Assembly: GCA_903889905.1 (NCBI GenBank)
Contig: CAISZI010000058.1
Location: forward strand, 6,160-70,159
DNA from: Candidatus Wirthbacteria bacterium
GTDB taxonomy: Bacteria > Patescibacteriota > CG2-30-54-11
Reading direction: 5' to 3'
Length of the DNA stretch: 64,000 nt
The notes below the pieces were generated by a model, which saw only the letters and a program-made list of their open reading frames with translations, searched no databases and was not told where the DNA came from. Of this stretch, positions 39,691 to 49,088 are shown one piece after another (position 1 is the first letter of the stretch; every line of letters starts with the position of its first letter). Both the position numbers and the translations under genes were made by a program.

Positions 39691-40770
39691 TTACCAAATC
39701 AGACACGCATCCCCAAATGAAAAAAACCGGTATTTTTGCAAAACCGCTTCCTGGTAGGCCGCAAGCAGTTTTTCCCGCCCAACAAAAGCCGAAACCAGCA
39801 TCACCAGGCTTGATCGGGGCACATGAAAATTGGTAATCATGCCATCGATCAGCTTGAATTCGTGGCCAGGTTTGATAAACAAAGCAATCGGCCCTTGGTA
39901 TCCCTTGAGAGCGCCCTGGTCGTCCATGGCGGCTATGCCTTCAAGGGTGCGCACAGATGTTGTTCCAACGGCAATAATCTTTTTGCCAGCGGCCTTGGCA
40001 TGGTTTAGTCTCATGGCAACATCCTCCGGCAAATTCACCCACTCGGAATGGACTTTGACCGCGTCGACTTCCGTCGCTTTCATGATGGGGAAAGCTGTAT
40101 CGCGCGCCACATGCAATGTCAGGAATTCCATCTGCAGACCACGCTCCCGCAGTCGTTGCAGCAATCCTTCGGTAAAATGTAATCCGGCAGTGGGTGCTGC
40201 AATCGATCCGGATGACTTGGCATAGACTGTCTGGTACATCTGACTGTCGCCATGATAGTCGTGAATATAGGGTGGAATCGGCAGAACGCCAACCTGGTCC
40301 CAATGCTCCCGCAAAGGCGCGTCAAAACCAATCCAGCGCGTTCCTTCCTCCGTCGCCCCAAAAACCATGGCCTGCAAAAACTGATTCCCCTGCTGAAACA
40401 ATACTTTCTGCCCCGGACTTAATCCCGGATGCACCAGACATTCCCATGTGTCAGCATATACCTGCAATAAAGACTGCATCCCAGGAGTAAGCGACGCTGC
40501 CTCCATACGACACGGTTCCAAAGCCATCACTTCCACGCTACCGCCAGTCGGGTCTTTGTGCCCCAGCAACCGGCGTGGCTCAACTTTGGTTTGATTAAAA
40601 ACCAGCACCACATCATCCCCCAGCAGTTGATCCAACTCATGAAACACATGATGGCTCACCTCTCCGGTGACGCGGTTCAATTGCAGCAATTTTGCGCTGT
40701 CACGCGGATCTGCAGGTGTTTGGGCAATCAGCTCGCGTGGCAAATTAAAATCAAAATCAGCAGCGAGCAA
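39691..40770 (-). CDS. queA: S-adenosylmethionine:tRNA ribosyltransferase-isomerase
   Basis: DFDFNLPRELIAQTP, PIPPYI, YQTVYA, AAPTAGLHFT, AVGTTSVRTLE, TNFH, YRFFSFGDA. Confidence 0.96.
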   Translation of the reverse strand: MLAADFDFNLPRELIAQTPADPRDSAKLLQLNRVTGEVSHHVFHELDQLLGDDVVLVFNQTKVEPRRLLGHKDPTGGSVEVMALEPCRMEAASLTPGMQSLLQVYADTWECLVHPGLSPGQKVLFQQGNQFLQAMVFGATEEGTRWIGFDAPLREHWDQVGVLPIPPYIHDYHGDSQMYQTVYAKSSGSIAAPTAGLHFTEGLLQRLRERGLQMEFLTLHVARDTAFPIMKATEVDAVKVHSEWVNLPEDVAMRLNHAKAAGKKIIAVGTTSVRTLEGIAAMDDQGALKGYQGPIALFIKPGHEFKLIDGMITNFHVPRSSLVMLVSAFVGREKLLAAYQEAVLQKYRFFSFGDACLIW

Positions 40771-40787
40771 ATGTCATCCTCGACAAT

Positions 40788-41921
40788 TTATAAACTGGTC
40801 AAGACAACGAACTGGCTGGTAGTACTTGTATAATATTCCAGCTCGGCGCGCAGCGTCCACGCGTTCCCGTCTGACTGGTACAAATAACCTGTGCGCTTTT
40901 CCGTGTCGGCCAGATTGGGATCGTGCGGCAACCTGGTCAGATATACAGGTACCAGTGCACTGGACAGAGCAAAAACATCCGCTTCGCTGTGACTTGGCGG
41001 AAAAGCCTGGTGAACAACAAAATAATCCGCCAGCGCGCGCTGGATAGCGGCCAAATCATCCCGTCGTTGATTGTCCCTGGCCTTTTTGGCAGTATCGGCC
41101 ACAATTTCATCCAGGTTGGCGTCAACGCTCTGGCTGACCACCTGCAAGTCGGTGATGCTGCCAGGCCCGAACTCCCAGAGTACGTCCACGGGCAAGACCT
41201 TGCCCTGAAAAGTCGTCAGTCCCGCCTTAAAAATAACCTGATAGATCACCTGTGGGTCCCAGTGGTTGAGCGCCAGCACAAGCTGCACAGTGTGGCTGGA
41301 AACCGCATAATTCACCTGTTTGACCAGATTGACAGGGGAAGCACGTATCTGGACCACGAAATGCACGGCGTCGGCGGTTTGTTTGTCCAGCGCGCTGCTT
41401 AAATTCAAACTGATCTGTGGTGCGGCACCAAGCAAAGTGGCGCTTAAAGGTTGTCCGGCCGACGGCAGCGAAGACTGCAGCGTCAAGGGCATATCCGAAA
41501 TTTTGAAACTGTCCGCCAGTGGTTCGGTGCGACGATATAGCATGGCTTTGAGCTGGGCTTTTTCTCCCGCCGCCACCTGCAGCTCCGCACTCCAGGGATA
41601 GGTGTTGTCTGATTCCAGACGTACCGCATAAGTGCCCGGTTCGAGGTTGGCAAAAACAAAAGGGGTGGTATGACCAGTATCTTTGAGGTCAAATAAAATT
41701 CTGACGCCGGTTGGCTCCGACGCAACCACCAGCTCGCCCTTGCTGGAAGTTGTTGTCTTGTCAGTTTGCGTGGGCGAGAAATCCTGTGCAGTATTGGCCG
41801 TATTGGCGTTGTTTGGTGCCGGCGTCTGCTGCAGTGACCAGACAGTCAGCGCCACGCCCCCCAATAACATCACCAGGATCAAACTGCCGATAATTTTTCT
41901 CATGTCGTTGGACCAACCCAT
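40788..41921 (-). CDS. Membrane-anchored PEGA-domain protein with C-terminal pilin/GspG-like globular domain
   Basis: N-terminal TM; LVVASEPTG..GHTTP..LEPGTY (PEGA); KARDNQRRDDLAAIQRALADYF..LPHDP..YLYQSDG..LRAELE. Confidence 0.7.
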   Translation of the reverse strand: MGWSNDMRKIIGSLILVMLLGGVALTVWSLQQTPAPNNANTANTAQDFSPTQTDKTTTSSKGELVVASEPTGVRILFDLKDTGHTTPFVFANLEPGTYAVRLESDNTYPWSAELQVAAGEKAQLKAMLYRRTEPLADSFKISDMPLTLQSSLPSAGQPLSATLLGAAPQISLNLSSALDKQTADAVHFVVQIRASPVNLVKQVNYAVSSHTVQLVLALNHWDPQVIYQVIFKAGLTTFQGKVLPVDVLWEFGPGSITDLQVVSQSVDANLDEIVADTAKKARDNQRRDDLAAIQRALADYFVVHQAFPPSHSEADVFALSSALVPVYLTRLPHDPNLADTEKRTGYLYQSDGNAWTLRAELEYYTSTTSQFVVLTSL

Positions 41922-41930
41922 GCTCTAAAA

Positions 41931-43082
41931 CTATTCATTGCCAATGACTTCCAGGTTCCAGCGTGGAATTTTCTGCTCACCGCCCTGCTCCAGCTGTACC
42001 AGCACCAAATCCACGCCCGGGCCCAGGAGCGGGTCATCATTCGAGAGTTCCGGTAAAACGACGCGACCGGTTTTGCCAAAATTGATGCCAGCAATGACGC
42101 GGACCATTTGCTGCCTGGTCAAATTGACCCAAAACGAATTGGCAGTCTCAAATCCGGAAATCGGGCTCGAAAGCGAATCTGAGGGAAAGACGACACCGGG
42201 TTTGTTTTCATCGAGTTTGTCGAGAATGACCAGCTCGCCGCGTAGCGTTGACAAAAAATCCCAGAATTTGCGGTGCATCCGCAGCCGTCCAAACCCTTCG
42301 GTCAAAATCACAGCCGTGGCCTTGATATTGGCGTTGCTTTCATTGCCATCAAATTCCTGACTCAAATATTCCTGGTAATCACGGGCTGCTATGCTGGACG
42401 CCACAATGCCGCGCACACCCATGGCCATGGCGCGTTTCAAGACATCATAATCAACAGGCCCGCCGCTTAGAATAATTTTGTCGCAACAGCCAGCATCGAT
42501 GTGACGCGCCTGCAGGGGATCTTCATATTCGGTCACTGTATCAATCGTGCCCATGGTCGGCAGTCCAATGCCCAGCAGTCCACGCATAATACTGGAACGC
42601 AAGGTAATGTCAATTGCCCTGTCGCCTTCGATATTGGTGACAACGCCTTCAAAGCCAGCCTCCAGGCTAAAAGCAATCGAGGTCCTCTGGATCTGAATTT
42701 CACCTGTGTGGGTATTAAAATTTGTCAAAATTCCATCGACTGGGGAGCGAAAAACGCGGCGGCCAAAACCGTGCCTTTTTTCGGCGAGCACTTCACTGGC
42801 TTTGACCGGTTCGCCGGGTTTGCGGTGCAAATGCCGATGAATAGATCGTGGTGAAGCGCCCAAAATGGAAGCCAGGTTGAAACGCTCAGACTCTCCGGGC
42901 ATATCACACTGACCAATCACCTGCGCTGCCGTGACCTTTTCGCCGCGCGCGACCAGAATCTGGCCCTTGACCGGAAGTTCACGACGCAGGGTGTATTCGA
43001 CATGATGCATGATTTTGCTACGGCTATCTCTGACCCACACGGCGTTAGACCCTCCCGTCAAAGTAAAATCCCTTGACGCCAA
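41931..43082 (-). CDS. Hypothetical protein with barrel-sandwich-hybrid-like repeats (GlmL-partner type)
   Basis: RRELPVKGQILVARGEKV, KPGEPVKASEVLA, SPVDG, ILTEGFG, VRVIAGINFGKTG; overlaps the upstream gene. Confidence 0.7.
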   Translation of the reverse strand: MASRDFTLTGGSNAVWVRDSRSKIMHHVEYTLRRELPVKGQILVARGEKVTAAQVIGQCDMPGESERFNLASILGASPRSIHRHLHRKPGEPVKASEVLAEKRHGFGRRVFRSPVDGILTNFNTHTGEIQIQRTSIAFSLEAGFEGVVTNIEGDRAIDITLRSSIMRGLLGIGLPTMGTIDTVTEYEDPLQARHIDAGCCDKIILSGGPVDYDVLKRAMAMGVRGIVASSIAARDYQEYLSQEFDGNESNANIKATAVILTEGFGRLRMHRKFWDFLSTLRGELVILDKLDENKPGVVFPSDSLSSPISGFETANSFWVNLTRQQMVRVIAGINFGKTGRVVLPELSNDDPLLGPGVDLVLVQLEQGGEQKIPRWNLEVIGNE

Positions 43083-44679
43083 CTTTCACCCGGATGACGA
43101 CTTCTTCAGCCATGGCAAAGCCACTCACCTTCGCTTTGGATTCAGGCTTGATGCGAAGGATGGCGCTTTTGCCAACAGGCGCGCCCACGGCATGAATTTC
43201 TCCCATTTTCACATCAAACGCTTCCACGTCGGGGTTGTTGGTGTCAATTGTTACCCGACCCAAAACACCTTTGTGACGGGGTTTTCCGGCAAATCGCACA
43301 AAATCCAGCACGCGCACCAGATACTGTTCCACATCCAGTTCTTCCACCGAATGAGGATGAGCCTTCAGCAGCAACCCCAGGAGCGGCAGGACCGCGGCTT
43401 TGTTCATCCATAAGGTGGCCGTAAACGGCAAATTGCTCGGCAGCAAGGCATCATCAATTAACGTCTCGAGGCGAGTGCCCAGACCAAAAAAAGAACCACT
43501 CAGGACAATATGTTTGGGTTGAAAATCCGGCGGGATGGACTGCCAGGCGTGCCCCAGAATTGTTTTGACGATCATGGTTTGCCACTTCAAGTCGGCGGCA
43601 TCCGGCACTGTGTCCGGGTAAAGCCGGTGATTGAGAATACGGTCGCGGAATTGCTGGCCTTCATTCTCTGGCCAAAGGGAAACCATTTGTTTGAGTCCGG
43701 CATCATCCAGGTACAATTCCATCGGCGACGACAATCCCATCTGCGGCAGCACTTTCATACCAAACAGCTGTTTGTGCCCGTGCTGCTCATCTTCTTTGGC
43801 GTAAATCGACTCGGCTTCTGCCCAAATTGGAATGTTATAACCATCAATGTAACGCGCCCACAGAAGTCGCGTTTCCGTAGCCCCGATATCCACCAGCAGC
43901 ACATTTTCGTGCCAGTGCTCGATCAGTAATGAAAGTGAAGCCAGCAATGAAGAATAATTGGATTCAACTTCAGCGTGAATTTTGGGTAATAATAAATCCT
44001 GGGTCTGGGCACGGTGTAATAAAATCTGCTGCAATTCGACAAACAGCTGCATATAGTTTTTGTGGCGTTTGCCAGGCCACAGGTCAGGCACCAGGTACAC
44101 CTTGTGCTGCTCGGCAAAAATACCACTTAAGGGTGTGAGAAGTTCTTCGCAGCCAACAAAGAAAATCGGCAGCGTAAATGGCACCTTCGCCACAGTTGCC
44201 GCCAGATTTTGTGCCACATGCAGCACCTGCCTCGATTTGTGACGTTCAAAACCACCCACCATCAGCACCGCGTCCAGGTCTTTGTTTAGATCCTGATTGG
44301 ATTTGTGCCAGAATGTCTGTTTGGGCGTGCAGATACCCATGACTTCGATGCCCAGCGTCTGGCAAAAACGCAACGCATCGTCAATATCATCGTTGGCAAA
44401 ACCACCAATCATCACCCTGAGCTGCGGCAAACGGCTGGTGGATGCCAGTACCGTGGGTGGCGCTTCGTCCCCGACCAACAACCTGGACAAATCCCAGGTA
44501 GCCTGCGCGTTGCCGATGGGCGGATCGACAAAAAGCCCGCTGGAATTGCTGGGCAGGATTTCAAACGCGCGCCACTCGAGGTGATTGTCATTTTTGACAA
44601 AAACCCCAACTTTGGTAAACACATTACCAACGTCCACCGCGAGCCATTTATTGGTTTTTGACTTTTGCGTTTTAATCAT
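43045..44679 (-). CDS. Glutamate mutase L (GlmL/MutL)-like actin-fold protein, divergent
   Basis: AVDVGNVFTK, LMVGGFE and LLVDIGATET resemble the ASKHA phosphate motifs of GlmL. Confidence 0.6.
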   Translation of the reverse strand: MIKTQKSKTNKWLAVDVGNVFTKVGVFVKNDNHLEWRAFEILPSNSSGLFVDPPIGNAQATWDLSRLLVGDEAPPTVLASTSRLPQLRVMIGGFANDDIDDALRFCQTLGIEVMGICTPKQTFWHKSNQDLNKDLDAVLMVGGFERHKSRQVLHVAQNLAATVAKVPFTLPIFFVGCEELLTPLSGIFAEQHKVYLVPDLWPGKRHKNYMQLFVELQQILLHRAQTQDLLLPKIHAEVESNYSSLLASLSLLIEHWHENVLLVDIGATETRLLWARYIDGYNIPIWAEAESIYAKEDEQHGHKQLFGMKVLPQMGLSSPMELYLDDAGLKQMVSLWPENEGQQFRDRILNHRLYPDTVPDAADLKWQTMIVKTILGHAWQSIPPDFQPKHIVLSGSFFGLGTRLETLIDDALLPSNLPFTATLWMNKAAVLPLLGLLLKAHPHSVEELDVEQYLVRVLDFVRFAGKPRHKGVLGRVTIDTNNPDVEAFDVKMGEIHAVGAPVGKSAILRIKPESKAKVSGFAMAEEVVIRVKVGVKGFYFDGRV

Positions 44680-44746
44680 CCTGGCACACTAATAACAATA
44701 TGCCGTCATCATAAATCAACCGCCATGAGAGGGCAAGTGCATAGAT

Positions 44747-47494
44747 TTATAAATCCTGTTCGCGAATGATCAGGGTATCCCCGCGGCGCACATCACCGCG
44801 CAGGACTTTGCCGGCAATCGGATCTTCGATCTTGGACTGGATGACACGACGCAGTGGCCGGGCACCATTGAGGGGGTCAAAGCCCAGTTCAGAGAGTTTT
44901 TTGACCGCTTCTTTGGTGATTTTGAAATTGATGTCCTGTTCCTTGAGCTTTTCCTGGATGCCACGCAGCATGCGTTCGGCAATCGTATAAATTTCATCCT
45001 GCCCAAGGGGTTTGAAGACAATAATGCCGTCAAACCGGTTGAGCAGCTCCGGGCGATAGTACTGAGGCAAAACATTGTGCAGCAAATCCTGCTTGATCTC
45101 TTCGCTGTTACGGCCACTTTCGACACCATCCTGAATCATTTTGGCGCCAGCATTCGAGGTGGCGATGATGATGGTGTTGGAAAAATCGACAAGTCGGCCG
45201 GTGGAATCCGTCAGTCTGCCATCGTCAAACACCTGCAGAAACAGGTTGTGTACATCGGCATTGGCTTTTTCAAATTCATCCAGCAGCACCAGACAAAACG
45301 GCCGATGCCGGACGGCTTCGGTAAGTTGCCCAAACCCGGCATCCGAGCTGGATTCACCCGGTGGCGCGCCAATCAGGCGATAAATACTTTCCTTGGTGAC
45401 AAATTCCGACATATCAAAATGCACCATCAGTTTTTCGTGACCAAAATAAACCTCGGCCAGCGTCTTGGCCAGTTCCGTTTTGCCCACGCCGGTTGAGCCA
45501 ACAAAGAGAAAATTGGCAATCGGTTTGTGTTGGTCGCGTAAACCGACACGCGAACGGCGTACGGCATTGGCCACCATACTCACCGCTTCGTCCTGGCCCA
45601 CCAGCCGTTCGTGCATGATGCTTTCCAGTTTGAGCAGGCGGTCGGTCTCGTCCACGGTAATGTCGTTTACCGGTATTTTTGTTTTGTTGGAAACCACGGC
45701 GGCAATATCTTCGGCCAGCACATATTTGCGTTTGGACTGTTTGCCAACCAGCACGGCCGCTTCGTCAAGCAAATCAATGGCCTTGTCCGGCTGCACATTG
45801 TCGTGGATATATTTGTTGCCAAACGTGATCGCCGCCTTGATCGCCTGATAGGTCACGATGACTTTTTGTTTTTGTTCAAATTGCAAGACCACCGTTTCCA
45901 GGATTTTAACGAGATCATCAAATTCCGGTTCCTTGACTTCCAGAGTGGAAAAACAACGGGCAAAGGATTCATTGGTTTCGACAAAACGGGAATATTCTTT
46001 CATGGTCGTTGTCCCAACGCACTGGAATTCACTACGGGTAAGTGCGGGCTCAAAAATGGAAAATGCGTCGAGACCACTTCCAGCTCCGGCACCGGCGCCT
46101 TTGAGCGTGTGAATATTGTCAATGGCGAGAATGACGTTATGCGAACGACTCGCTTCTTCGAGCACGCGACTTGCTACCTGGGAAAATTGATTGCCATTAT
46201 CGCTCGCCCCCACCAGACTGCCCACATTCAGTTCCACCACCCTTTTGTTGCGCAGCGCGCCCACGACATTGCCTTCGACGATGCGCTGCGCCAGGCCTTC
46301 GACCAGGCTGGTTTTACCCACGCCCGGATCGCCAATAAGAAGCACGCTGCTTTTGGAGGAACGCCCGAGGATGCGCGCCAGATCGCTGATTTCTTCGGTG
46401 CGGCCGATGACTTCCCTGAGCCTGCCTTTGCGCGCGGCCTTGGTCAGGTCTTTGCTGTATTTGTCCAGGGTTACAGTCCAGCCCGACGACCAGCCCAGAT
46501 CCATTTTGCCGGAACGTTTAAAACTTTTGATGTCGAGCTGCGTCCACCATTTGTCTTTTTCTTCCTGCCGGTCCAGCCAGTAAGTGACATTGCGCACATC
46601 AGACAGATAAATACGCTGGTCACGAAAATATGCCAGAGTCCGTTCATCGCCTTTGACAAAACTGAGCACCAGATCGCGCTGGCGGATCGAGGCGTGCCCA
46701 AGCAACCAGGATTCTTCAAACGCGTCAATCAGCACGTCCTTAAGCCGTGCCGAGATGATGATGTCGTCATCGGCACGCAAATCCACTTCGCCCAGCAAAT
46801 TCTGCACAAAAGTCTGCATCGCCTGCAAGTCCAGATTGAGCCGCACAGCGAGTGTTGTAATTTCGTCGCCCTGCGTGAGCCGCCGCAACAGCTGATAGGG
46901 ACGCAGCACGCGTCGCTTTTTGACACGGGCTTCCTCCAGCACGTCATCAAACACCTGGCGACCGTGCAGGCTCAAAAGACTGGTCAGCTCAACAAACGAC
47001 CGCGAGGATTGCTTTTGTTTGATGTCATGCCAGTGCACCATATCCGTGTCAGCCATGGCAATCCAGGCAGAATTCGCCTTGGCCGGAACCCTGGCCAGAG
47101 GATGCCGACCGCGCGTCATCCAGTAAAAATATGTCAGCCAGAACCAGATTAAGCCAAAGAACGCAGCGCTCCAGATCCCCAGCGCAAAAAATCGGTCATA
47201 GGATAAAGTCAGCTGGTTATCCAAAGCGAGCAGGTTCCGCAGCCCAACCAGCAGGCAGAGGATGCCACCCGCGAGCAATAACCAACGCAGACAAAGCGCA
47301 AAGGTATGTTGCAATTGATAGTGCAAATCAGTGACCACAACTTTGGGCAATGTCGCATACACAATCCAGCCTTCGTATTCCGCCCATACACCCACGCCAT
47401 CGCACTCAGGGCAGGAACGACCTTCTAAAATGCCTTTGCCGGCGCAGGCTGGACAGTGGAATTTGTGTAATTTTGATTGGCGTTCTTCGCTCAC
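44747..47494 (-). CDS. Clp/Hsp100 AAA+ ATPase with N-terminal Zn finger and two TM helices
   Basis: CPACAGKG/CPECDGVG; two hydrophobic helices; GDPGVGKT, PDKAIDLLDEA, GSTGVGKTE, LLDEFEKA, GARPLRR. Confidence 0.9.
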   Translation of the reverse strand: MSEERQSKLHKFHCPACAGKGILEGRSCPECDGVGVWAEYEGWIVYATLPKVVVTDLHYQLQHTFALCLRWLLLAGGILCLLVGLRNLLALDNQLTLSYDRFFALGIWSAAFFGLIWFWLTYFYWMTRGRHPLARVPAKANSAWIAMADTDMVHWHDIKQKQSSRSFVELTSLLSLHGRQVFDDVLEEARVKKRRVLRPYQLLRRLTQGDEITTLAVRLNLDLQAMQTFVQNLLGEVDLRADDDIIISARLKDVLIDAFEESWLLGHASIRQRDLVLSFVKGDERTLAYFRDQRIYLSDVRNVTYWLDRQEEKDKWWTQLDIKSFKRSGKMDLGWSSGWTVTLDKYSKDLTKAARKGRLREVIGRTEEISDLARILGRSSKSSVLLIGDPGVGKTSLVEGLAQRIVEGNVVGALRNKRVVELNVGSLVGASDNGNQFSQVASRVLEEASRSHNVILAIDNIHTLKGAGAGAGSGLDAFSIFEPALTRSEFQCVGTTTMKEYSRFVETNESFARCFSTLEVKEPEFDDLVKILETVVLQFEQKQKVIVTYQAIKAAITFGNKYIHDNVQPDKAIDLLDEAAVLVGKQSKRKYVLAEDIAAVVSNKTKIPVNDITVDETDRLLKLESIMHERLVGQDEAVSMVANAVRRSRVGLRDQHKPIANFLFVGSTGVGKTELAKTLAEVYFGHEKLMVHFDMSEFVTKESIYRLIGAPPGESSSDAGFGQLTEAVRHRPFCLVLLDEFEKANADVHNLFLQVFDDGRLTDSTGRLVDFSNTIIIATSNAGAKMIQDGVESGRNSEEIKQDLLHNVLPQYYRPELLNRFDGIIVFKPLGQDEIYTIAERMLRGIQEKLKEQDINFKITKEAVKKLSELGFDPLNGARPLRRVIQSKIEDPIAGKVLRGDVRRGDTLIIREQDL

Positions 47495-47856
47495 ACGATG
47501 ACCAGACTAGTGAATAAAGCCAACAGCAGCAGCGGCGGAATAAGCATCCACCCAACCAAAAGTAACGCATCCACGATCAGTACCATGAGCAGACAGGTCA
47601 AACCAACCGCAATCCAACCCAGACGAATGACCACACCAATGCCGCGTCCAACCACGGCATAATCCTGGTGTAGTGGCTGCAGTGTCACCAGTTGCTTGAG
47701 CATGACCAGAAACTGAAACGTGTCCTCAACCAAGGCAATCAGAAACAACGAAAAAAAGAATAAAATCGACAGCATTTCGCCATACCACCACCGCAGCCAA
47801 TAGACAGGCTGGAGATAAACAGGGCGGCAGGGTTTGAATAATACGCGTTCAAACAT
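47491..47856 (-). CDS. Small membrane protein translationally coupled to the Clp gene
   Basis: WLRWWY, LHQDY, hydrophobic; 4-bp overlap with the Clp start. Confidence 0.7.
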   Translation of the reverse strand: MFERVLFKPCRPVYLQPVYWLRWWYGEMLSILFFFSLFLIALVEDTFQFLVMLKQLVTLQPLHQDYAVVGRGIGVVIRLGWIAVGLTCLLMVLIVDALLLVGWMLIPPLLLLALFTSLVIV

Positions 47857-47942
47857 CAGGGGAGTTCCCTTGACGACAATTAATCATTTTAGTATAACAC
47901 ACGGTCGGCAAAACGAGGAGTACGGCAACTCAAGCAGAGGAA

Positions 47943-49073
47943 TTAATAAGTGAGCCGGTCTTCATTGGCCGGAACCACTTCTACCCAGATTTTGCCACTG
48001 TCCAGCACAATCGGCTGGCCGGCGCTGTCGGTCAGGATGGTGCGGCTGTCCATGGTTGCTTTGCTCCAGCGGGCTTTGATTGCCAGCCCATCGCGGAAAA
48101 TAACTGCATCACCCGTGCCTTCCACCTGCATGTCTTTGCGGCCTTTTTCGTCGCCGGACCGCTGCCAGACCTTGAGCTCGAGAGCAATCACGTTTTTGGC
48201 ACTGATCTGCAGACCATTTTCGGCGTCCTTGTGCGCTACCCCACCATAAGCGTGCAGGTACGTATTGGTCGTCGGATCGTAGGTCCAGGTGGAGGTATAG
48301 GCAGCCGTGCTGTAATTGATTTTGATTGACTGGCTCGCGGGTCTGGCGGCCAGCATGGGCTCATCGTCCTTGAAACTCCAAGACGTAAAGGTAGCCTGTG
48401 TGCCCCAGCCTTTGGAATCCATGGCATCACGCAGTTTGACAATGGAGGTGTAAGCCCGATGCTCCACAGCGCGGCCAGTTGAGGGAGGATCCCATTTGGC
48501 GCCAAAGTCGCTGAGGTCGTTGATACCTTTAGGCCGGAGCAACGAGAGTACCGCCGGATCCTGGCCAATGTGGGCAAACACACCATTGTATTCTTTGATA
48601 AAATCCAGCATGTAGACACGGGCACTGCGTTCGGGACCAATTTTGGCGGGTTCATTTTGTTGAAAAATAGCCAGGAAACGCGTGATGCCACCCTCTACCG
48701 GAAGTTCATAGACTATGTCCGCTTCGCTCAAACCAGTGGGTGGACGCGAGTCCTGGTGATTTTCAACGGAAACAATCACCGGTCGCCTTTTGGCGACATC
48801 AGGGGGCACTAAAACGCCATTCAAGTAACTCGGTACGCGCACATCCACCGGCGGCACGACCACGGGCGTCGACGCGACAGGTGCCGAAAGTGGCGTGGAA
48901 AGAGGCCGTCCCAGTGCCACGGAAGCATGATTTTGGCTCATCACCCAGGCACCCGTGGCAGTCCCCAGCACCAGCAGAGCGGCAATCGCGCCCAGGACAA
49001 TATTGCGGCGGCGTTTGTTTTGGCTCTCGCCCGTAAAATCAACGTGGCCAATGCCGTGTGTTTCTAATCCCAT
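47943..49073 (-). CDS. DUF3048 (YerB-like) membrane-anchored protein
   Basis: RPVIVSVEN..RPPTGLSEADIVYELPVEGGITRF, IGPERSAR, GKIWVEVV. Confidence 0.88.
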   Translation of the reverse strand: MGLETHGIGHVDFTGESQNKRRRNIVLGAIAALLVLGTATGAWVMSQNHASVALGRPLSTPLSAPVASTPVVVPPVDVRVPSYLNGVLVPPDVAKRRPVIVSVENHQDSRPPTGLSEADIVYELPVEGGITRFLAIFQQNEPAKIGPERSARVYMLDFIKEYNGVFAHIGQDPAVLSLLRPKGINDLSDFGAKWDPPSTGRAVEHRAYTSIVKLRDAMDSKGWGTQATFTSWSFKDDEPMLAARPASQSIKINYSTAAYTSTWTYDPTTNTYLHAYGGVAHKDAENGLQISAKNVIALELKVWQRSGDEKGRKDMQVEGTGDAVIFRDGLAIKARWSKATMDSRTILTDSAGQPIVLDSGKIWVEVVPANEDRLTY

Positions 49074-49088
49074 AAATTGCTCCGGATA

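Noticed and set aside
45611-47152. 513-aa plus-strand ORF
   Set aside because: Antisense shadow of the Clp ATPase with no recognisable motifs; such shadows are common opposite conserved genes.
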